DNA of 64,000 nucleotides from an uncultured Candidatus Rokubacteria bacterium (GCA_963789955.1 CAWBMV010000001.1:512001-576000); one strand, 5' to 3'. Counted from the stretch's first letter, positions 22,192-34,750 are shown. Notes: generated by a model not told the origin, from the sequence alone. Translations and numbers: made by a program.

Positions 22192-25100
22192 CTATGGCTT
22201 GGCCGGATCGATCCGATCGGCGTTTTCTGAGGTCGCTAGATCTGATTGCGGGACCTGAGCTGAAGACGTCTGATCGAAATACTCGTCGAGATGATGTGCG
22301 AGCTCCTGAACGTGGACGGGCATGAAGAGCCGGCCCGAATCCTCAGCGGGGATGAAAACCGTTTGACCACCCTTCAGCGCCAGCTCATTCCACGTCAATC
22401 GTGTGTCCGCCGTCGAACTCGATAGTAGTCGTGTCGCAGCGATCACATTGAGTAGACATCCGGGGTATGGCCGAGGCTGATAGCGCGCGACCGCATGGAA
22501 GGTCGTCGAGGTGACCAGATCGGTGTAGTACTCCTCACGACCAAGGGGGAACCGTCTCCCTTCCAGTCGATTCGTGATCGACGGGATCTTGCCTCGCCAA
22601 TGAGAGGGCCACTCACGAAAAGGCAGGTGCCAGGACTCTCTGCAGGATCTGATGGTCTTTCTCAACAGGTAGATGGTCGGCCTCAGAATGAACGGCGGTG
22701 CATTGCGGTAGGCCTGATGGGATCGAGGATGCCAGGATTCCATAATCGCAAGGGTGACTTGTTCGCCCTGCCCCATCAATTGCTGAGCCATTTCATACGC
22801 GACCGCGCCTCCAGTGCAGGTTCCTCCAATGAGATAGGGTCCTTTCGGCCGCACGCCACGGATCTCCTGGACATAGTGTGCGGCCATCTCCTCCACACGC
22901 GTGAACGGCCGTGCCTCGCCATCGAGTCCACGCGCCTGGAGCCCAAAGACCGGTTGCTCCTGGCCCAATTGTTTGGCGAGATGAGCAAAGACGAGCACGT
23001 TACCCCCGACGCCTGGGACAAGGAAGATTGGAGGCCTTGTGCCCCTTGCTTGAATGGCCACCAGAGAGTCCCACCGAATCGTGCACCCTTCCTGGTTGAG
23101 CACCTCGGCGAGCAACTCGATTGTCGGCGCCTGAAGGAGCAGCGACATCGGCAGTCGCTTGCCCACGGTCTGTTCGATCGCCCCGAAGATTTGGAGCGCC
23201 AACAAGGAATGGCCTCCGAGGTCGAAGAAATTGTCCCGCACTCCGATCGGGGCCACGCCCAAGACCTGCTCCCAAATCGCAGTCAGTTGCAGTTCCAAGC
23301 GGTTCCGTGGTGTCACGCTTCCGATCGGGCCGTCGGGAGCTTCATCGCCGGGAGGAGGCAGCGCGAGCCGATCGACCTTTCCGTTTGGAGTCACCGGCAG
23401 TGCACTCAGCCGAACAACGGCCGCTGGCACCATGTATTCCGGCAGTTGTTCTCTCAACTTTCGGCGGATCCGCCCCGGCTGAAGAACATGGCCGTCGTGC
23501 GGAACCACATAGGCCACGACTCGCTTCTCGCCCGGAGTATCCTGGCGCACCATCACCACGCACTGCTTCACTTCGGCGCAGTCGCTCAGGGCCGTTTCGA
23601 TCTCGCCGAGCTCGATTCGGAATCCTCGGACCTTGACCTGATGATCCGTCCGTCCGAGGCAATCAATGCGACCGTCGGGGAGCCAGCGAGCCTGGTCTCC
23701 GGTTCTGTACAACCGCTCGTTGCCGCCGCGCAGAAATGGACTGGCGATAAACTTTGCGGCGGTGACGTCCGGCGCGTCTCGATACCCTCTGGCGAGCCCC
23801 AGGCCGCCGATATACAACTCCCCGGGGATCCCGACTGGGACGGGTTCCAACTTGGAGTCCAGGATATAGACCTGTGTGTTACCGATGGGGCGTCCAATCG
23901 AGACCGGACTCTCACCCGGCTCCACTTTGTGGACGGTCGACCAGATGGTGGTCTCTGTCGGTCCGTACATATTCCACACTGACCCGGCACGTGCGTGAAG
24001 CGCCTCCGAAAGATCGCGGGGCAGGGCTTCGCCGCCGCACAAAATCTTCAGCTCCGGATTTCCCGCCCACCCGGCTGCAAGGACCATGCGCCACGTTGCG
24101 GGTGTTGCCTGCATCACGGTGACCCGGGTTGCCTCCAGCTGCCCCTTCAACCATGCGCCGTCCGCCGCTTCATCTCGAGTCGCCAAGATGGTTGTCGCTC
24201 CGACTAGGAGCGGGAGAAACAATTCCAGTCCTGCGATATCAAAGGCCAAGGTCGTGACGGAGAGCAATACATCGTGGTCCGTCAATCCGGGTTTGTGCCG
24301 CATCGATTGCAGGCAATTCACGAGCGCGCCATGTTCGATTTCCACGCCCTTGGGTTGCCCGGTCGATCCAGACGTATAGATCAGATAGGCGAGGTTCCTG
24401 ATCCGGCGAGCGGGAAAGGGTTGTCTTTCCTTTGACGCGCGAAGGATTTCTGTTCGGAATCGAGGTCGATCACTCGCGCATGACGATCGGAAATGGTCTT
24501 GGCGAAGCTTCGTGTGGTGAGAAGTAGCGCAGCCCCGCTATTTTCCAGCATGAACGACACGCGTCTCGTCGGAAGCCCGGTGTCCAGGGGAAGATATGCC
24601 CCCCCGGCCTTCATGATTCCAAGCAAGCAAATCAGAACGTCCAGTGACCGTTCCATGAGAACGGCCACGACGACATCCGGCCCCACCCCACGGCTGCGCA
24701 GCCAGTGCGCGACTTGATTGGCGCGCAGGTTCAGCTCGGCATACGTCAGCGCCGACCCCTGCGACTCGGCGGCAATCGCCTCCGGTGTTCTGATGACCTG
24801 TTCTTCAACGAGCTGTGGCAGGCACCGGTCCGTGAGCTCGTCGGCTCTCGTGGCATTCCATTCGACCAAGATCGCTCGTCGTTCACTCTCAGAGAGCAGC
24901 CGTAAGCGAGCGACGGCGGTTCCTGGCTGTTCGACCACCGCTTCGAGTAGCGTTCGATAGTGCGTCAGCCACCGCTCCATCGACGCACGGTCGAATAGAT
25001 CCGTGTCGAACTCGAGATAGACGCGACGCGAGACGGTTCGATCGATCGAGACGCTGAGGTCCAGTTGCGATGCGCCACGATCGATCTCACACGGTGCCCA

Positions 25101-28100
25101 CGAAAGGTTCTTGAAATCCACGCGGCCAAACGGCGTATTGGCAAAGTTGAACAGCACCTGGACGAGTGGCGAACCGCCGTGGCTCCGGTCGGGCCGTAAC
25201 TCCTCGACCAGCTTCTCAAACGGCAAATCCTGTTGCGCATAGGCGCCCAACGCAACATCGCGCACGCGACCCAACAGCTCACGAAAGGTTGGCTCGCGCG
25301 AGACATCGGTCCTCAGGACGAGCGTGTTGACAAATGTTCCAACCAGGCCTTCGATCGCCAGGTGATTCCTATTCGCAATCGGGGTTCCGACCGCAATATC
25401 CTCTTGACCGGTCAACCGATTGAGCAGGGCCACGAATCCCGCCAGGAAGACCATGTAGAGAGTGACGCCTTCCTGAACGCTCAAGTGTTTCAGGCCGTTG
25501 ATCAACGACCGTGGCAGATCGAGAGAAACGTGAGCGCCACGGAAGGACTGCGCTGCCCGACGCGGACGATCGGTCGGCAATGCCAGGACGGGAACACCCG
25601 CCAGCTGGGCCTTCCAATAGGCTAGTTGGCCGTCCAGCACCGGCCCACGGAGCCAGTGACGCTGCCAACACGCGAAATCGACATACTGGATCTCGAGCGG
25701 TGGCTCGATTCGCAAAGGTTGCCCATCGCAGAAGGCGTTATAGCATTGGACCAGCTCCCGCCCGATCACGCCGTACGACCAGTGATCCGAGACAATGTGA
25801 TGCGTCGTGAGCACCACGACATGCTCTTCGTCGCTCACCTGGATCACCAGCACTCTGATCAACGGACCAGTGGTCAGGTCGAAGGGCCGGCGGGCTTCGT
25901 CCGTCGCCAGCTCGATGGCTTCATCACCCCGCCTCGCTTTCGGCCGCTTCCGCAGGTCGACTTCGGTGATCGTCAGGGCCTGAAAAGGGTGAACCATTTG
26001 AACGGGATGGCTTTCGGCGTGATGAAATGTCGTCCGGAGGGACTCATGCCGTCGCACCAACTCGTTGAGACTGTGGGCCAGGGCTTCTTTGTCGAGAGGA
26101 CCGATGAGACGAACGGTAACCGGAATATTGTAGGCCGAGCTCTCCGGTGCCAGCTGATACAGGAACCACATACGCTCTTGCGCAAACGAGAGAGGCAACA
26201 ATCCGTCGCGAGGGACGGGAGTGATCAGAGGGACCGCCAGCGTGCTTGGCTCACGAGGCTGTTGCTCGGCCAACCACTGGGCGAGGCCGGCAATTGTCGG
26301 AGTCTCAAATACGGCTCGGAGGGGGGGCTCAACGTGAAAGAGCGAACGCAGGCGTGAGAACATCTGGGTCGCCAGTAAGGAGTGCCCGCCCAGCTCAAAG
26401 AAATTGTCGTGGACGCCAACATCTTTGATGTCCAAGATCTCACCCCAGACATGGGCGAGGAGTTGTTCAGTAGAATTCCGGGGAGCGACATATTCAGTCT
26501 TGAGGTGGAGGAGCCCGGCTCGACTGTTGACCGGCGCCTGTAAGGCCTTTCGATCAATCTTGCCGTTCGGTGTGAGCGGCAGAGCATCCAATTCCACGAA
26601 CGCAGAGGGAATCATGGGATCCGGAAGTTGTTCCTTGAGAAAAGCCCGCAGATGATTGACGTTCAGCGCGCTGCCCGACGCGGTGACGACAAACGCCACG
26701 AGCCGCTTGTCGCCGGGCAAATCCTCTCGAACCTCGACGGCCACTGCGCGAATCTCGGGATGGGTCTGCAGGACTGATTCAATCTCTTCAAGCTCGATCC
26801 GGTACCCTCTGATTTTGACCTGCCGATCGACACGCCCCAGATACTCGAGCTCACCGTTCGGCAACCACCGGGCCAGATCGCCAGTCCTGTAGAGACGTGC
26901 GCCGGGCTCCAGGTCGAATGGGTTACGAATGAATCGCTCAGCGGTCAGGTCAACCCGCTTCAGGTAACCGCGCGCAAGACCAACGCCCCCAACATAGAGG
27001 TCTCCAGGAATTTCAATCGGCACGGGCTGCAAGTTCCGATCGAGCACGTACAGCTGAACGTTTTGAATCGCCCGACCGATAGGCGGTCCGCTACTCGGTT
27101 CGGCGGACGTAAGGTCGCAGACGGTCGCCGCGATCGTGACTTCGGTGGGGCCGTAGGTATTCAGCAATTGCACCCGAGACCCGACATGCTGCTGCCAGGT
27201 CATCAACGATTGCGGAAGCGCACGCTCCCCTCCAATCACTACCGAGCTAATGTTTGGAGGAAAGTCCAAGGACTCACGCCGGAGCCCAGCCGTGAGCTCA
27301 TGCCAGTAGGCGGTTGGAAGGTCCAGCAACGTTATGCGCCACTCCCGGCACTTCTGCAGAAATCCCGGTATCGAATCCAACATGGATCCTGTTCGAAGGA
27401 CCAGCGCGGCGCCTGTCAAGAGACAGGTGAAGATCTCCTCCGCGGCTGTATCGACGCTGACGGATGCCAACTGAAGGATTCGATCACCCGGTCCGAGACG
27501 CGCCTGGGTACTGATTGCCGCCACGTAGTTCACGACGGATCGGTGCTCCACCATCACCCCTTTAGGTCTACCGGTCGACCCTGAGGTGTAAATGACGTAG
27601 GCCAGATCTCCGGCCGTCGCTCCATTCACGGGAGATTCACCGGATTCTCGGGCGATGGCGCTCCATTCCGTATCCAGGCAGACGGCGCGGCTCTGCTGAT
27701 GATCCGGGAGCCGAGCCAGGAGATGCTGCTGGGTCACCAGGATCGATACTCGAGCCTCCTCCAACATCGACGCCATGCGCTTCGTGGGGTACTCGGGATC
27801 GAGCGGCAAGTACGCGCCACCCGCTTTGAGGATGCCCATGAGGCCCACGATGAGCTCGAGCGATCTCTCGACACACAGTCCAACTAAGACATCTGGACCG
27901 ACCCCAAGCCTGCTGAGGTAGTGACCGAGTTGGTTGGCCCGCAGGTGGAGTTCCCGATAGCTGAGTCGTTGATCCTCGAACATCACGGCCATGGCATCGG
28001 GAGTACGCACGACCTGCTCGTCGAACAATGCATGGAGGCACCGGGTTTCGGCACGACTGATTCGAGTCTCATTCCACGCGACCAAGACCTGATAGTGTTC

Positions 28101-31100
28101 TTCGGGCGTCATGAGCGGGAGGTCTGCCAACAACTGGTTCGGCTGGTCTACGATGCCTTCCAGAAGCACCTGAAAGTGTTCCTGCATTCGGCCGACCGTC
28201 GCGGCGTCAAACAGATCGGCGTTGTATTCGAAGCAGCCTGTCAATGGACCATCCGAATCAGAAATCTCTATCGTCAGATCGAATTGTCCTGCGGATTGCG
28301 GTATGAGATACGGTTCGAAATGAAGCTGTTTGCTCGAACCTGCGGTGCCGCTCTTGCGTGAGCGGTTGTCCCCATTGAGTTGGGTCATCAATTTGAACTT
28401 CTGCAATACGAACAGAACCTGAACGAAAGGCGCGCGGCTCGGATCCCGGGCTGGCTGGAGCCGTTCCACAAGAAGCGAAAAGGGATAATCTTGGTGGGCG
28501 ATCGCCTCCAGAACCGTTCGCCTGGCTTGTGACAACAAAGCCTTTGAATGTTGCGGCACCAGACACGTGGTCGCGTAAGACTACGACATTGACAAAATCG
28601 CCAACCGTTTCGCTAAACATTCCCCGGCTTCGGCCGAGCATGGGCGACCCGATCAAAATATCTTCCTGGCCTGTGTAGCGATACAAGAAGACTTGCAAGG
28701 CGGCCAGGAGTGTCACGTACACAGTTGTTCCTTCTGCCTCGGCAAGAGCTTTCAGTCGCCGCGTCAGCTTCGCGCTGAGCGCGAACTCGCGCCATGCAGT
28801 GTTGTCACGCTGCATGCTCGGCCGCGGCCGGCCGTGAGCCAAATCCAGCACTGGCAACTCGCCGGACAACGTCTCTTGCCAGTAGCTCCATAGTCTTTGG
28901 CCCTGCGGCCCTGCCAACAGATCATTCTGCCAATGCACGAAGTCCGCATATTGCGCGGCTGGTTCAGGCAGAGGGTGCTTCTCTCCCGATCGCTCTCCTT
29001 CATACAGGCGTTTGAGGTCCTCGATGAGAACCTTCATCGACCAGCCGTCCACCGCGATATGATGTGCTGCTAGAAGGAGATATGCCTCGGTCGGCGAACG
29101 ACGGAACAGTTGCGCACGCCAGAGCGGCCCACGTTCGAGATCGAACGAGCGGCCCGCTGCCCTCTCCGCGTATGTTTTCAGGTCATTCCAGTTCCACCCC
29201 GACGCATCGGTCTCCACGAATTGTAGTGGGAAAGTTGGGTGGATCTGCTGAAACGGAACCCCGTTTCGGGCTACATACGTCGTTCGCAGACAAGGATGGC
29301 GTGCCGCCAACTTCTCCAGCGCCCGCACCAGAATCCGTTGATCGAGTGGACCACTGACACGTAGCAGAAGAGTCGCATTGGCAGCCTTAGTGTGGGGCCT
29401 CAATTGATGGAGGAACCACAACGCCGATTGATTTCGAGACAACGGATATTCGACAGGCCCGTTCGTCTCCTGGAGCATCTCGCGTCGTACGGGGGATGAC
29501 GCTGACGAAGCGGAAAGCTGATCAAGGACGTGCGTTGTGAGCTGCTTGATGGAGGCGCCGTCAAGCAGGGCCGGCAACGACAGCGAAACGCCGAACCGAG
29601 TTTCCACCGCATGCGCCAGTTCCGTTGCGGTCAACGAGTCGAGCCCCGCCGTGGTGAGCGGCTGTTCCCTACTCAATCGGCTCGGTGGAATACCCAGCAA
29701 CCGGCTAACGAGTGCTTCCAGGGATGTCAGCAGGATTGCCCGCTGTTCATCGAGAGTTAATGCGAGCAGATCATCGCGGGTCAGGTCGTGATCACGTGAT
29801 TTCGGTTCGTCGTTGCCAAGAGTGCTTATTCCGACAATCCCGAGTCGGGTCGACAGGAATGCGTCCCGACATGCGCGACGCTGGATCTTTCCACTGGATG
29901 TCTTCGGGATGCTTCCCGCTCGAACGAGCGCAACCGTATAGACCTGGATATCGTGATGTTCTGCGACCGACTCCCGAATTGCGCCGGCGACATCCTCGAT
30001 GGAAGTGCCGTGTTCTCGCCGTTCAAGTTCCTGGACAATGACGAGGCGCTCTTCGCCGCCTTTCTCGATCGAAAAGGCGGCTCCGGAACCCTGTCGCAAG
30101 CTCGGATGGCTTTGTGCCGCCGTTCGCTCGATATCCTGCGGATAGTGGTTACGCCCCCGGATGATGACAAGGTCCTTCAGCCGACCCGTGACGAAAAGCT
30201 CGCCATTCTTGACGAACCCCAAGTCACCCGTGCGGAGGTAAGGCCCTTCTCCCGTAGCAGCCAGATGAGCACCGAATGTCTCGTTCGTCTCTTCTGGTTT
30301 GTTCCAATAGCCCTTCGCGATGCTCGGGTCCGCCAGCCAAATCTCTCCCACCACGTCAGGGTCACAAGGCCGGAGCCTTTCTGGGTCAACGATGACTACC
30401 TTGGCTTCTCCAACCGAAGGGCCGCAGCTGACGACCTGGCGCGCATCCGGTTGCTCCTCACCGATCTCGCGCACAAGCCCTTTCTCAAGAGCTTGCGCAT
30501 TGAGACTGCGGAAGCTTGGTGCGTCGTGTGCGCGTTTCACGGAAATCAGCAAGGTGAACTCGGCCATCCCATAGGCGGGGTGAAATGCCTCTCGACGGAA
30601 ACCTGACGCTCGAAAGGCTTCGATGAACTGGTCCATCGTATCTTTTGAGATCGGCTCGGCTCCACAGCTTGCGACTCGCCAGGAACTCAGGTTGAGATTG
30701 GCTCTCTCGGCGGGAGTCGTACGACGAACGCAGTGGGCATAGGCGAAGTTGGGCCCGCCGCTATGCGTGATCCCATACCGCTCAATTGCTTCGAGCCATC
30801 GAATCGGTTGCTTGAGAAATGCCAGGGCCGACATGAGATAACTCGGGATCCCCGCAAAGAGAGGATGCAGGATTCCTTTGACCAGCCCATAGTCATGGAA
30901 ATGCGGCATCCAGGACAGAGTCACCGCCTGCGCGTCATAGCCGGCAAATTTCGTTAGGTACCCACAGTGATGGAGAAGATTGCGATGCGTCACCATCACC
31001 CCTTTGGGTGTTGTGGTAGAACCGGACGTGTACTGCAAATAGGCCACATGATTCGGTGTTAAATCGGGGGGCCTCCATTGCCGTGCCCAGTCCTCGCGAA

Positions 31101-31564
31101 CGTCATCAACTGTGAACCAACGGGTCGGATCTTCGCCGAAAGCGACAGGCCAGCGCGTTCGGCGGACTTCACGATCTCGGGCGTCGTCAGGACACCGGTA
31201 ATCCGGGCGTCGCTCGCAATACCCTGGAGACGTGACAGGCTCTGCTTCATTCGCAGTGGGTCTAGCGGGGGAGCGGGAACTGCGAGAACGCCCGCATACA
31301 GGCATCCCAGAAAGGCGCGGACGAAATGAAGGCCGGGCGGATACAAGAGCAGGATTCGGTCACCGAATCCGCGCGACTTGAAGAAATCCTGCTATCGCAC
31401 GCGCATGCTGATCGAGCGCTGCATATGTCAGAGCCGCATCAGTCGCGATGCCGTCCTTGAGGAAGTAGTAGGCGGAACGACTCGGGTTGATGGACTGCGC
31501 GCCAACGGGAGAGCTCGACGAGGCTCGCCATTTGATCAAGCTCGTCGGGAAAGCGCAGATTCAC
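22192..31564 (-). CDS. Lipopeptide NRPS, FAAL-ACP-C-A-PCP-C-A-PCP-TE; one gene broken by several apparent frameshifts (~31470, ~31370, ~31150, ~28540, ~24390)
   Basis: FAAL LLLYPPGL, YLQYTSGST, SWMPHFHDYGL, GRNHYPQDIE, PKTSSGKIQR; ACP GLDSL; C1 HHIAVDGWS; A1 YTSGSTGRPKG, NTYGPTE; PCP GGHSL; C2 HHIVSDHWS; A2 FDIAGLE, NMYGPTE; PCP GGHSL; TE GTCTG. AAGGAG RBS before the GTG at 31564. Confidence 0.93.
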
Positions 31565-31740
31565 GCCACTCCTTTTCTTGGAATTTCCATTGGTCCGATG
31601 GGTCGCTCTGTCAGTCCGGTAACGGCGTGATGAGTGCGACGTCGCCAAGCCGAGCTAGCCCGCTGGCGCCAAGTCCTCGTTATGAGTGCCCTCCACTGGT
31701 TCATTGCATGCCACTGGCAGTAATCGACACTCGATACGTG

Positions 31741-31755
31741 GCAAATTGCGTGCCG
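31741..31755 (-). promoter_or_regulatory. Putative sigma54 promoter for the NRPS operon
   Basis: CGGCACGCAATTTGC, a near-consensus GG-N10-GC, about 175 bp upstream of the NRPS start. Confidence 0.65.
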
Positions 31756-31964
31756 GGCGTGGTCGGCTCGTGACGGCAAGGGGTTAGGGGTTCACGGCGC
31801 GGCAAAGTGGATGGGACAAGACAAATTCTGGCAGCTCTCTTGTCACAGTCCGGGCGGCGCCGAGCCCGCACGAACTCTAGACCTCGCGGGCGATCCCTCC
31901 AGGACGTCGGCCACGAAGGGACCACTTCATCCCCGCGCGCCCGTCGAGGTACAGTCGAAAGAGG

Positions 31965-32732
31965 ATGGACTGGCTAATCAGCCCCGAGGCTCGGCGGTTC
32001 ATCATCGTCCACGAGCTGTTCTTCCCCCTGCTGTTCCTCGCCCGGTTGGTCGGCTTCACCGCACTCGAGCTGCTGCGCCCGGCCAGGACCGTGATTTACC
32101 GGAAGGTCATCCTGTACGACCTGGCCGTCTTCGCCGTGTACCAGGCGCTCATCTTCCCCGCCGCTCTGCGCATTGATCGCTGGATCGCCGTGCGACCGCA
32201 CCTGCCGGCGGGGCTCCTGGCCATGCCTCTGGCAGTTCGCGTGCTTTGCTACCTCGTTGTCGCCGACTTCGGCCACTATTGGATCCATCGACTGATGCAC
32301 GGCAAGGTCTTCTGGCGCATCCACAAATGGCACCACGCGCCGGACTACATGTACTGGCTGATGGGGGTCCGGGCGACGGTGCCGCAACAGGTGCTCGTCA
32401 ACCTGCCCTACATCTTCGCCTACTCGTTCGTCGACCTTTCGCCGTGGTGGATGGCGCTGGCCATCGGTGCCGGGCACGCGGTGCAGAACGACTGGATGCA
32501 TCTGAACGTCGCCTGGCGCTCGTCCTGGCTCGAGTGGTTGATTGTGACCCCTCGATATCACCACATTCATCACAGCGATCAGCCGGAGCACTACGTGGCG
32601 AACCTGGCGGCCCTGTTTACCGCCTGGGACCGCATTTTCGGCACCTACGTGGACCCCGACGCGCTGCGGCGCGAGCTATCCTTCGGCATCGGCGAGAAGG
32701 TTCCGCTGATCCGGTTGTCCCTGGGGGTATGA
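31965..32732 (+). CDS. Sterol desaturase / fatty acid hydroxylase family membrane di-iron enzyme
   Basis: His boxes HYWIH, HKWHH, HHIHH; WDRIFGTY; several TM helices. Confidence 0.9.
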   Translation: MDWLISPEARRFIIVHELFFPLLFLARLVGFTALELLRPARTVIYRKVILYDLAVFAVYQALIFPAALRIDRWIAVRPHLPAGLLAMPLAVRVLCYLVVADFGHYWIHRLMHGKVFWRIHKWHHAPDYMYWLMGVRATVPQQVLVNLPYIFAYSFVDLSPWWMALAIGAGHAVQNDWMHLNVAWRSSWLEWLIVTPRYHHIHHSDQPEHYVANLAALFTAWDRIFGTYVDPDALRRELSFGIGEKVPLIRLSLGV

Positions 32733-33019
32733 CGCCGACTCGTTGCGCTCGCGACGAACGCCTCACGGGCGAACGCCGGCTCGCGGCCTCAGGCATCATT
32801 CCGGCCACGACGTCGAGTGCCCTCTAGCTCGTGGGTGCGAAGGCCACGTGTCGCAGTCCGCAAGCAAATGTCATTTTTCGGTGAGGTAGATTCTCGTTGG
32901 ACTACGGCGTGTACCACGCTCAAAGTAACGCCCGTTGCTCGCGCGCTCGTCGCTCGATGGACCGGGCCAAGAAGTTCCTCTTTACTTGCCTCGCGTGCGT
33001 TCCGCTAGCGTACACAGAC

Positions 33020-33570
33020 GGTGAAGAACAAGTGCGACGCTTGATGCGGTCGCGTGTGAGAGCCAGGTGCCGGCCGACGACCTCGAGAGCTGGAAGCAGA
33101 TCTTTCTCGAGCAATGGACGCGGGCTCGACACCAGGAGTGATCCGGCGATCGCTGGGCCGCGCTCGAGCCTTTGCGGCAGGATGTAGGTTGCACGCCTTC
33201 GGACGTTTCGCGAAGGACGCGACTGGAGGCCGCAGTATATCGCCGACGCGTGGATCAACGAGGTGAAGTGGTTGGGGATCGTCGAGCAAGCCGGAGTGCA
33301 ATGGCGTCATCGAGCGGTTCATGCGCACGCTCAAGGAGCAGTGCCTCGATCTCCACCGCTTCAGAATCTCGCCGAGGCGCACCGGATGATCGCCAGTTCA
33401 TCACGCGATACAACACCGAGTGGCTATCACGCGGCTGGGTCACCAGACGCCGGCGGGCGCGCGAATCGCCGATGAACCACGATCGCTCAGGGGCGTTATG
33501 ATCGACGATCGAGAGTGGGGGCGTTCTCGTTGATACGCCCCTCGCGTGTCCAAGAAACAGGGTGCGGTCC
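33020..33570 (+). mobile_element. Decayed IS3-like element remnant
   Basis: OrfA-like LDAVACESQVPADDLESWKQIFLEQ and integrase-core PECNGVIERFMRTLKEQCL..YNTEWL..LGHQTP with indels. Possible right end TGTCCAAGAAACAGGGTGCGGTCCA. Confidence 0.7.
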
Positions 33571-33624
33571 AAGCTATGCGTTCGGGCGCCGAGCCACTAG
33601 AACCGTGAATGGCCCAACCGCGCA

Positions 33625-33793
33625 AGCTCAGGACATCTTCCTGATCTCATGCGAGAGCGGGGAGGTGCTTTCGGTCGCCTTGGCGATCGATTGCCACGAT
33701 CGAGAAGTCTTCGCGTGGACCGCGTCGCTCTGGCCACTGAACGGCGGCGGCATTCGCACGCTCATGGACAAGGCGCTGTGGGCGCGCTTCGGA
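33625..33793 (+). mobile_element. IS3-family (IS2-like) transposase fragment
   Basis: DIFLISCESGEVLSVALAIDCHDREVFAW..IRTLMDKALWARFG. Confidence 0.7.
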
Positions 33794-33936
33794 CAGATCA
33801 ACAAGAAGTTCGGTCAGCGCTTCGACAAGAAGGCAGCCGAGGTTCGGTCAATGGCGTCGCGAGGACGGTCGCTCAAGAAGTAGCCGGCCGGGTTCGCTGG
33901 TCCCAGAAGACGCGTCTTGGGCCGCGTCTTGGGCGG

Positions 33937-34349
33937 TTACGCGGGAGGTCCGGGCTCTCCCCCACGAAGCGGCATCAAGACCGTCGAGAGCATGTCCAGG
34001 AGGGTGGCCACGCGGAAAGGCTTCTCCACATAGCCCGAAGCACCCCGGCGTGCCGCTTCGTGCTGGACGTCCGGGCCTCCGAACGCCGTAACCAGGATGA
34101 CCGGTACCTCCGGAAGTCGTTGCCGCAGGAACGACAGAAGATCGAGACCGTTTGGCCCGGGGAGCTCCTTGTCGAGGATGGCGACGTTGAACCGCTCGGT
34201 TTCGACGAGGGCCGATAGTCCGCGCCATCCTTGCGTCCGATCACCCGGTATCCCGCGCGCTCCAGCGCCTCGCGTAGCAACACGCGCATCTCGCCGTCGT
34301 CCTCGACGACGAGCACCGTCACATGGGTTTCCGTCCCCTGTTCCGCCAT
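33937..34349 (-). CDS. Single-domain response regulator; frameshift near 34215
   Basis: VLVVEDD, ILDKELPGPNGLD, VILVTAFGG, YVEKPF. Confidence 0.85.
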
Positions 34350-34416
34350 ATTCTCCAACGTTGTCGTCTGGTGCTGCCGGTGAGACATCGGATACGGCGA
34401 TCGGTCTCGACTCTCC

Positions 34417-34431
34417 GCAACAGCGATGCCA
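34417..34431 (-). promoter_or_regulatory. Putative sigma54 promoter
   Basis: TGGCATCGCTGTTGC about 68 bp upstream of the response regulator start. Confidence 0.6.
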
Positions 34432-34750
34432 GGTCGGCGATGGCGGCATTTCCCACGCTACAACGGGCCTCGGGCCCGCGGTTCGGCGGAGGAGGGCGCC
34501 CGTCGAGGCGACATGTCGTCGCGTCCGCGACGTCGTGTCGTGGGCGCCCGTGGTCGCCGGCGGACCGTCCGCGTTTCCAACCGGGGGGGGGGGGGACGCC
34601 GACTCGGGGGGAACGCCGATTCGACAAGACTTGCCACCTGCGGCGCGCCGTCGCCCAAGCATGCTGTCGCCGCCCTCTCGATGCCCGAGCTGAGCCAATA
34701 CTCAGGAGTACGCTGGTCCTGTGGCGAGCGATCGAAGGGAGGAGCACATC

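Noticed and set aside
22192..31564. NRPS as three or four separate genes, or programmed frameshifting
   Set aside because: Breaks fall inside the FAAL, C1 and A2 domains (e.g. immediately before YTSGSTG) with no RBS or slippery-site pattern, matching the window-wide indel noise.
31829..31843. Sigma54 promoter for the desaturase (TGGCAGCTCTCTTGT), and a similar TGACCAAACCTTTGC near 17920
   Set aside because: Each lacks one of the near-invariant dinucleotides (GC at -12 or GG at -24).
34583..34595. G13 homopolymer as a phase-variation switch
   Set aside because: It is intergenic, not in an identifiable promoter spacer, and homopolymer length is unreliable in this assembly.
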